From positions 768,001 to 832,000 of the forward strand of contig CAXXIA010000001.1 in assembly GCA_963666985.2 (NCBI GenBank): a stretch of DNA of 64,000 bases. Direction: 5' to 3'. The position numbers and the translations under genes are program-made. Source of the DNA: Spirochaetia bacterium. GTDB taxonomy: Bacteria; Spirochaetota; Spirochaetia; DSM-2461. This document shows positions 58,468 through 64,000 of the stretch, in pieces; the first letter of the stretch is position 1; each line of letters starts with the position of its first letter. Below the pieces are notes generated by a model. The model was given only the letters and a program-made list of their open reading frames with translations, was not told where the DNA came from and did not search any database.

Positions 58468-61400
58468 GCTTTTCGGTCACGATAAATTACGGCTCGGATG
58501 ATGTGACGCTCACGGATTACTCGGGAGAGAATTTACTCCTCGCCGACTCGTTTAAGAAAACAACGAACGTGCAGAGCACTTCATATAAACATGAGACTTC
58601 AAAGGCGTCATTTTCTTTTCTCTCAAAACCGTCTCTTGTCTCAACGCTTTTTGGATTGCCGCGCGACCAATTGATATCAGTTTCAATCCAAGAAGACGGT
58701 GTTGAGTGGTTTACCGGATATGTTCGCCCGACGGGAATCAGTTTCACCGATTCGCCGGGGCATGCCGCGAATAACGTCAGTTTTGAATGCGTCGATTCTT
58801 TATGGATTTTGCAGGACTCACCGAGTAGTTATATTTCTCGTAACCCCGATGACTCGATGACGGTGTGCGATACGAGCACCACGGGACAATCTTTAATCCA
58901 CTGGCTTTTAGAACAGGCCGGATTCACCGGAACAATAAATGCCTATGATATCACCGATGATATCGAATGGTTCTTGATGTCCCCGGATGAAAATTACATT
59001 GATGTTCTCAATGATATTTGTTTTTCCCATCATTGTACTTTTTATCCGGGAGATGATGGTTCGTTTAATCTTTATGATTGGGGTGAAGCCGCAGCCGATA
59101 TTTCCGTCTCCGGGACGATCGATGAAGATGATATTCTCGGTGATTTAAAAATAAGCCGTGAATCGACTGAGATAAAAACACCGACAGTCGAATACTATAA
59201 TCTTGTCCGTGAAAATGAAGTGCAGGTTAGCACGTACACAGACTTCTTTGGTCTTGATGAAGACGGATCGCAAATCGTTTTTGAAGATTATTCCGGACAA
59301 GAAAAATGGTCCGATATCCAAGCGGATTATGATTGGCAATATTGTACCGCTGCCAAAACTATCCCGGCTGAGTTTACCTTTCCGGATGGTGCGGTTGGAA
59401 TCATAGACTTCAAACTTGAGGTTATCGGCCGTCCGTCTTGGATTTGGAGCTACGGATATTTATATGCCGGATCATTAAGAACAAAGACTGTGGATCTTCC
59501 TGCCTCGGGAAGTAAGATCCCTGGTAATTTTAGAACAGCCGTAACCTCTGAAATAGACGAAAGCGACTATACAGCCTCATATGTTTTGAAATGGTCAAGT
59601 TCGAGTGATTATTACTCATCAAGCTTTGAATCAATATCGACCTTGGCCGATTTATATTTGCGAGAAAAAGCCGGCACGGCAGATGGCAAGGACATCGGTA
59701 ACGGGACAAAAACCTACAAGGGACTTTATTGCTACAATGAGAGTGCCGCCAAGGCTCTCGCAACAGCGCTGTCGAGCAACTTAGAATACGGGGAATTTAA
59801 ACATACCTTTGAATCGGAAAACGATTATACTCCGGGCGGCTATTATACATTAGAGAATGATCAGGCGAATATTTCCGCAGTCGTTAGGATCGTTAAAAAA
59901 ACCGAAAAGATTATCAGCTCGACTTATCGCAAATACGAATATGAATGCCGGCAGTATTCGGGTTTCTCCGCACTCGTTGAATTAATAACCGAGGGAACAG
60001 GATCAACATCAATAACCAAGTCAAACAGGATGAAATCAGTCGTTGGTTCCGATCTGGAGGCCGCAGAAGATCTCAACGTAGACGAAAGCGGGCTCTATAT
60101 GTTTTCGGATGTGATGGGATTTTACAATGAAACATCCGAAAAGTGGACCGCTTACATCAAAAATGACGGCTCCTTTTTATTCCAAGGCGATTCAAATAAC
60201 TACATCCTTTGGGACGGATCAAAATTATCTGTCCATGGAGATTTCTATTTATCCGGGGATTCGGAACTCAACGGAACCGTCACGACAGGTAACGGAATAA
60301 AGTCGAGTGATTATAACGCGGGTGTTGCCGGCTGGAAAATAGACGGTGATGGCAACGCCGAATTTAATACGATAACAATCCGCAAAGAAGCCTTTGAAGC
60401 CATTATGACCGGCTACGAAACCGCACTCATGATCGGCTTCGGTGGAGAAGGAAGTTTATCTTCTCCCGGTGAGGGGGATCGTGGAATTCTTATCGATGAG
60501 GATGAGATTTCTTGGAAGGAGATTACAGATGAAGAGTTTTCAAATTACAACCCGATTAGGATTGGCGGCGTTGATTCTGATGGTATCTTCTGGCCCTTTT
60601 TTTCTTGCCGGGGAGTAATTAATCCTCAAGGTGATATCGATGATGTTACCGAATTATTACCCGGCGGGCACCTCTACACTTTTGAAGATGATTTATTGGA
60701 TCAAGATGATGAATACGAATTATCATACAATCAGGTCGAACGCTCTACCGTTTGGTCAAAGTTTGGCAGTTATTGTTTAAAGACCGTCTCAGGCGGGACG
60801 AACGGATATGTTCAATACGATTCTTCAACAACCTCTGATTTATCTTTATTAAACCTTGCGAAAGATCAAACCGTTTCGCAATGGTTCTGTAAACCGAATG
60901 ACGGGGAAGATCCTTACCTTTATGGCGTAGGATTTATGTATATCCGGAACGTCGAAGGATCGACGACAACGGTTTTGAAGGTTGTCGCTGATGTCGCAAA
61001 CAATACCTATTATTTGCAGATTACTCAAACGGGGATCAATAGCTTAACCGGTAATGCCGTATCTTTAGAATCCGGTGTCGGACATAATATCGCTGTAACA
61101 TGGGACGCCTCGGAGAAAACGGCATATTTAATCGCTGACGGAGAGATTGTTGATACCTTAGATGCGTCCTCTTCCGGTTTGGTTCTACCCTCAGAGCCAA
61201 CAACAATTAATTATTTTGGGACAACTTATACAGATGTTGATGATCCTGATGATCCCGGTTTCTACATAGACCAGTTGCTCATCGTTCCCGGAGAATTAAT
61301 TGATGCTGATGCTTTAATCCAACACTACAACCATAATCGAGAATGGAATACGAAATATTCCGATAAGGATGCTTTTCTCCTCCCGGCTCTCGGTGGGAAA

Positions 61401-62153
61401 TCACGAATCTCATATCAGATGAATGATTTAACCGGGTGTCAATGTACGCCCGGAACCGACAGCGAACATGATGTTGCTGTATCTGCCGGACATAGACGTT
61501 CAAGTAATGACGGAGCCAACCTTGATTTTAAAGGTGGAACCGCTGCAATTGACGCAACATTTTCAGAGTCGGGAACATGGGGGCTATTTCCCGGCGCCTC
61601 CCTTTCTGCTGGTGATACTGCTCACTTATTTTTAGTGAGAATGTCAGACGGAAATACTGGCCTTGGTTTTGATGATAATATTTCTTGTTCGAACGGCGGG
61701 TATTCTTACTGTCGGAGAGTTGGATCTCGGCGAGTTTTAGCCGGCCCGGTTCTCGCACCGGCAAGGCAATTTGGGAATTATAATGAGCTTGTAACAGCCG
61801 TAAATGATTGGAACTTACAAACGGTCTCAACATCACAAGTGAATCGTGCATTAAGTTGTATCCCAAAAGGTAAATCATTTTTAGCCGATATTGCTGCTTC
61901 TATAAATAACAATTCCTCGACAACAACATATGTTTTATTTGGCTCACCATATACTACGCTTCCAACGCCAGATGCCGGTATCTGCGATATGAGAACGGCT
62001 GATGGATCTGCGGATTCAACACGAGTAATAGTTCCAACAAATCCGGATGCAGAAATAGCATATATCGCGGCAGGAGATACTTCCTTATCTGCTGGTTTTA
62101 GGGGTACTCCTGTCGGCTGGTATGACGATCTTGGTGTATTCGATGGTGTTTAA
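58464..62153 (+). CDS. Tail tip / receptor-binding protein with LamG-like domain
   Basis: 1229 aa after tape measure; SSDY.AG.AGWKID.DG.AEF; LamG-like HNIAVTWD...IDQL. Confidence 0.75.
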   Translation: MSFSVTINYGSDDVTLTDYSGENLLLADSFKKTTNVQSTSYKHETSKASFSFLSKPSLVSTLFGLPRDQLISVSIQEDGVEWFTGYVRPTGISFTDSPGHAANNVSFECVDSLWILQDSPSSYISRNPDDSMTVCDTSTTGQSLIHWLLEQAGFTGTINAYDITDDIEWFLMSPDENYIDVLNDICFSHHCTFYPGDDGSFNLYDWGEAAADISVSGTIDEDDILGDLKISRESTEIKTPTVEYYNLVRENEVQVSTYTDFFGLDEDGSQIVFEDYSGQEKWSDIQADYDWQYCTAAKTIPAEFTFPDGAVGIIDFKLEVIGRPSWIWSYGYLYAGSLRTKTVDLPASGSKIPGNFRTAVTSEIDESDYTASYVLKWSSSSDYYSSSFESISTLADLYLREKAGTADGKDIGNGTKTYKGLYCYNESAAKALATALSSNLEYGEFKHTFESENDYTPGGYYTLENDQANISAVVRIVKKTEKIISSTYRKYEYECRQYSGFSALVELITEGTGSTSITKSNRMKSVVGSDLEAAEDLNVDESGLYMFSDVMGFYNETSEKWTAYIKNDGSFLFQGDSNNYILWDGSKLSVHGDFYLSGDSELNGTVTTGNGIKSSDYNAGVAGWKIDGDGNAEFNTITIRKEAFEAIMTGYETALMIGFGGEGSLSSPGEGDRGILIDEDEISWKEITDEEFSNYNPIRIGGVDSDGIFWPFFSCRGVINPQGDIDDVTELLPGGHLYTFEDDLLDQDDEYELSYNQVERSTVWSKFGSYCLKTVSGGTNGYVQYDSSTTSDLSLLNLAKDQTVSQWFCKPNDGEDPYLYGVGFMYIRNVEGSTTTVLKVVADVANNTYYLQITQTGINSLTGNAVSLESGVGHNIAVTWDASEKTAYLIADGEIVDTLDASSSGLVLPSEPTTINYFGTTYTDVDDPDDPGFYIDQLLIVPGELIDADALIQHYNHNREWNTKYSDKDAFLLPALGGKSRISYQMNDLTGCQCTPGTDSEHDVAVSAGHRRSSNDGANLDFKGGTAAIDATFSESGTWGLFPGASLSAGDTAHLFLVRMSDGNTGLGFDDNISCSNGGYSYCRRVGSRRVLAGPVLAPARQFGNYNELVTAVNDWNLQTVSTSQVNRALSCIPKGKSFLADIAASINNNSSTTTYVLFGSPYTTLPTPDAGICDMRTADGSADSTRVIVPTNPDAEIAYIAAGDTSLSAGFRGTPVGWYDDLGVFDGV

Positions 62154-62768
62154 ATGGGAGAAATATTTCCGAAGAAAGACCCGTATGCTGAAGCTTTGGA
62201 GATACGGATATCGGAATTAAATCCGGGTGATTTTAATCAAGATGATTTGCCGGAAATTGAGATTGAGGATGGCGCGATGAGCGACGAAAACGACAGAAAT
62301 AGCAACACTTGGCCAACTATCCTCCTCGGGGAATTCCGTGAGTTGAAGGGCTGGCTCTCTGGGACCGATGGACGTGGCGGAAAAATCGGTTCTCTTGAAA
62401 CTCAGATTTCGGATGTCGCGATCGAAGTCCGTCATATCAATGACCATTTGAGCACTCTCACGAATACGCAGATTAAAGACCGGGCTCACAGCGACGCACG
62501 AGATAGCGCGATCGAGAATGAGATAGAAAAGACTGAAAAAAGACTCTCGACACAGATTTATAACGTTGCTGAGATTGGACGAGGAGCACACGAGAAAATT
62601 GATGAACACCTGAAGGAATTAGAGATCGCCAAGAAGGCCGAAGCGAAGGCGGAAGAAAAGAAAGAAGAGAAAAAAGAACGGACGGTCGGTCAGTGGCTGA
62701 CCATCGCCGGGATTATTGTCGCCCCGTTTATCGGGGCCGGTGCCACACTTTTGATTCTGGGAGGTTGA
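62154..62768 (+). CDS. Coiled-coil protein with C-terminal TM (holin/XhlA-like position); alternative start 62277
   Basis: C-terminal WLTIAGIIVAPFIGAGATLLILGG. Confidence 0.6.
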   Translation: MGEIFPKKDPYAEALEIRISELNPGDFNQDDLPEIEIEDGAMSDENDRNSNTWPTILLGEFRELKGWLSGTDGRGGKIGSLETQISDVAIEVRHINDHLSTLTNTQIKDRAHSDARDSAIENEIEKTEKRLSTQIYNVAEIGRGAHEKIDEHLKELEIAKKAEAKAEEKKEEKKERTVGQWLTIAGIIVAPFIGAGATLLILGG

Positions 62769-62770
62769 AA

Positions 62771-63313
62771 GTGGATCATGGTTATTGTACGCAGGACCGA
62801 TTCGGATATTTCGGAGAAAGGTGGGCCTGTGCAATCACAACTCTTGTAATTGTTTTTGAGCATATCCGCCGGTATGTCATGAAGATGACCGAATGGTGGG
62901 TTTCTCAAGAAGAGATCGAGAGAATCTGCGGGCGTTTTCTTTTACTCGGGAATTCCCAAATCCAGCCGCCTTGTTATGTCGCAAACTACAAGGATCATGC
63001 CGATGTTTTCGACGGCGACAAGGTAGACGATGGATGGGGCGCCGACGCTGATCCGGAGGCCCATTTTTATATCCGGTCATGGAAATGGACGTTCGTTGAA
63101 ATCGCCGATGTGATGGGAGTCAATCTTGAAGACGCAATGGTGAAACGCTCCCTTTCTCGATACGGAATCCTTGTCGTCGATGTCGACGGGAACGTTTTCG
63201 ATAAGCACGTAAGCACTCATTTTGAACCGCTCCATTCAGGGAAAGTTATCTCAAACCCTGATCCAAGGCTCGAAGGATATCCCGAATATGAACGGCGGGC
63301 ATTGCCGGTTTAA
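62771..63313 (+). CDS. Putative papain-like (C39/DUF261-like) peptidase, candidate endolysin
   Basis: GTG after GGAGG; Q...WACAITTL, THF, PDP Cys-His-Asp order; lysis-module position. Confidence 0.5.
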   Translation: MDHGYCTQDRFGYFGERWACAITTLVIVFEHIRRYVMKMTEWWVSQEEIERICGRFLLLGNSQIQPPCYVANYKDHADVFDGDKVDDGWGADADPEAHFYIRSWKWTFVEIADVMGVNLEDAMVKRSLSRYGILVVDVDGNVFDKHVSTHFEPLHSGKVISNPDPRLEGYPEYERRALPV

Positions 63314-63322
63314 GGAAAAAGT

Positions 63323-63577
63323 ATGAACGAAGAGAAAAAAGAAATCCTGATTGAGGCCGCGAAGTCGGCCAAGAGTCCGAACGGCTTCCAGCGGTTCCTC
63401 GCCAAGATCGGAGCGTTCTTCGCCGTGAACAACGATGTGAACGAGAACACCGTCATGGGGCTGGCGTTTTCTGTTGTTTTGATCATTGCTGTTTTTGACT
63501 CTACCGTCACGTTGGATAAGTTCGGGATACTCGCGGGACTTGTTGCGGGTTGTTTCGCCTTAAACCTTAAAAAATGA
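63323..63577 (+). CDS. Putative holin (2 TM)
   Basis: 84 aa, two hydrophobic segments, basic C-terminus. Confidence 0.55.
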   Translation: MNEEKKEILIEAAKSAKSPNGFQRFLAKIGAFFAVNNDVNENTVMGLAFSVVLIIAVFDSTVTLDKFGILAGLVAGCFALNLKK

Positions 63578-63585
63578 GGTAGGAA

Positions 63586-64000
63586 ATGAATGAAAAGATT
63601 TACCGCCGTCTTATTCTTGGTTTGTCTCTTCTCGCCGTTCTTGGGATCGCAGGAACTCTCTTTTTCGGTATCCGAAGCGCAGATGATGCTCGCGCTTACC
63701 GGGAGCTCATTGAGCTTAATCGATGGATCGATAGAACACGCGACGGAGCTGAAGAGATCAAACTCAACCTTGATCGAATCGTCGGAGAGCAGCGCGAGTA
63801 CATTGGAGAACTCGAAGAAAATAATCGACAGCTCCGAGACGACAATATCCTACTTATCGACAACAATCGATCGGACAGAGCAGAACTCCGAAAATCTCGG
63901 GAATATATCGACGGACTTGAATCTAATCTCGCAGGACTTAAATCAAACAACGCAGAACTTGAAACCGTCCTTTTGGGAATCCTCTCTCGGAACGGGTTTG
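63586..64000 (+). CDS. Putative i-spanin-like protein (3'-truncated)
   Basis: MNEKIYRRLILGLSLLAVLGIAGTLFFG TM then coiled coil; no stop to window end. Confidence 0.6.
   Translation, partial: MNEKIYRRLILGLSLLAVLGIAGTLFFGIRSADDARAYRELIELNRWIDRTRDGAEEIKLNLDRIVGEQREYIGELEENNRQLRDDNILLIDNNRSDRAELRKSREYIDGLESNLAGLKSNNAELETVLLGILSRNGF
63590..64000 (+). CDS. Overlapping +1-frame signal-peptide protein (3'-truncated)
   Basis: MKRFTAVLFLVCLFSPFLGSQE signal peptide then Ser/Thr-rich heptads; no stop to window end. Confidence 0.5.
   Translation, partial: MKRFTAVLFLVCLFSPFLGSQELSFSVSEAQMMLALTGSSLSLIDGSIEHATELKRSNSTLIESSESSASTLENSKKIIDSSETTISYLSTTIDRTEQNSENLGNISTDLNLISQDLNQTTQNLKPSFWESSLGTGL

Larger units (their letters stand above)
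30166..64000. mobile_element. Temperate siphovirus-like prophage (right end beyond window)
   Basis: att core, repressor switch, antirepressor, SSB, replication, HNH, terminases, HK97 portal/protease/capsid, tail tube, tape measure, lysis genes in canonical order. Confidence 0.92.

Noticed and set aside
58464..62153. Diversity-generating retroelement or invertible tail-fibre cassette
   Set aside because: No reverse transcriptase, TR/VR pair or inverted cassette noticed within the window; the region beyond 64000 is unseen.
1..64000. CRISPR array, cas genes or rRNA
   Set aside because: No regularly spaced repeat-spacer array, Cas motifs or rRNA-like sequence seen by eye.

Overview
Bacterial chromosome window, most likely from a free-living spirochaete. 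This is inferred from the rplU-prp-rpmA-obgE-nadD-LCP-rsfS order, a DUF5312-like gene and flgF-flgG-flgJ. Bases 1-27.6 kb are housekeeping: livHMGF, rnz, a CHASE2 cyclase, flagellar rod genes, an RpoS-like sigma factor, tsaD, apt, tRNA-Gln and tRNA-Glu, carAB with ARG boxes, argS and ribosomal genes. A complete IS21-family element with a 5-bp target duplication lies at 27790-29986. From about 30166 to beyond the window end is a siphovirus-like (HK97-type head) prophage whose left boundary is a displaced tmRNA/tRNA-Ala-like 3' end. Its AT-rich left arm carries a four-gene operon (Vsr, MORC/GHKL ATPase-histidine kinase fusion, receiver-effector protein, C5 DNA methyltransferase) with no recognisable restriction enzyme. 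This is the best candidate for an uncharacterised defence/signalling system. Other notable signals are a family of short structured elements with C-AGGAN-G hairpins between duplicated tRNA/tmRNA 3' ends (two divergent copies), a portal-MuF fusion, and an unusual lysis region with two fully overlapping ORFs starting 4 nt apart. All calls come from reading motifs by eye; no database searches were run.
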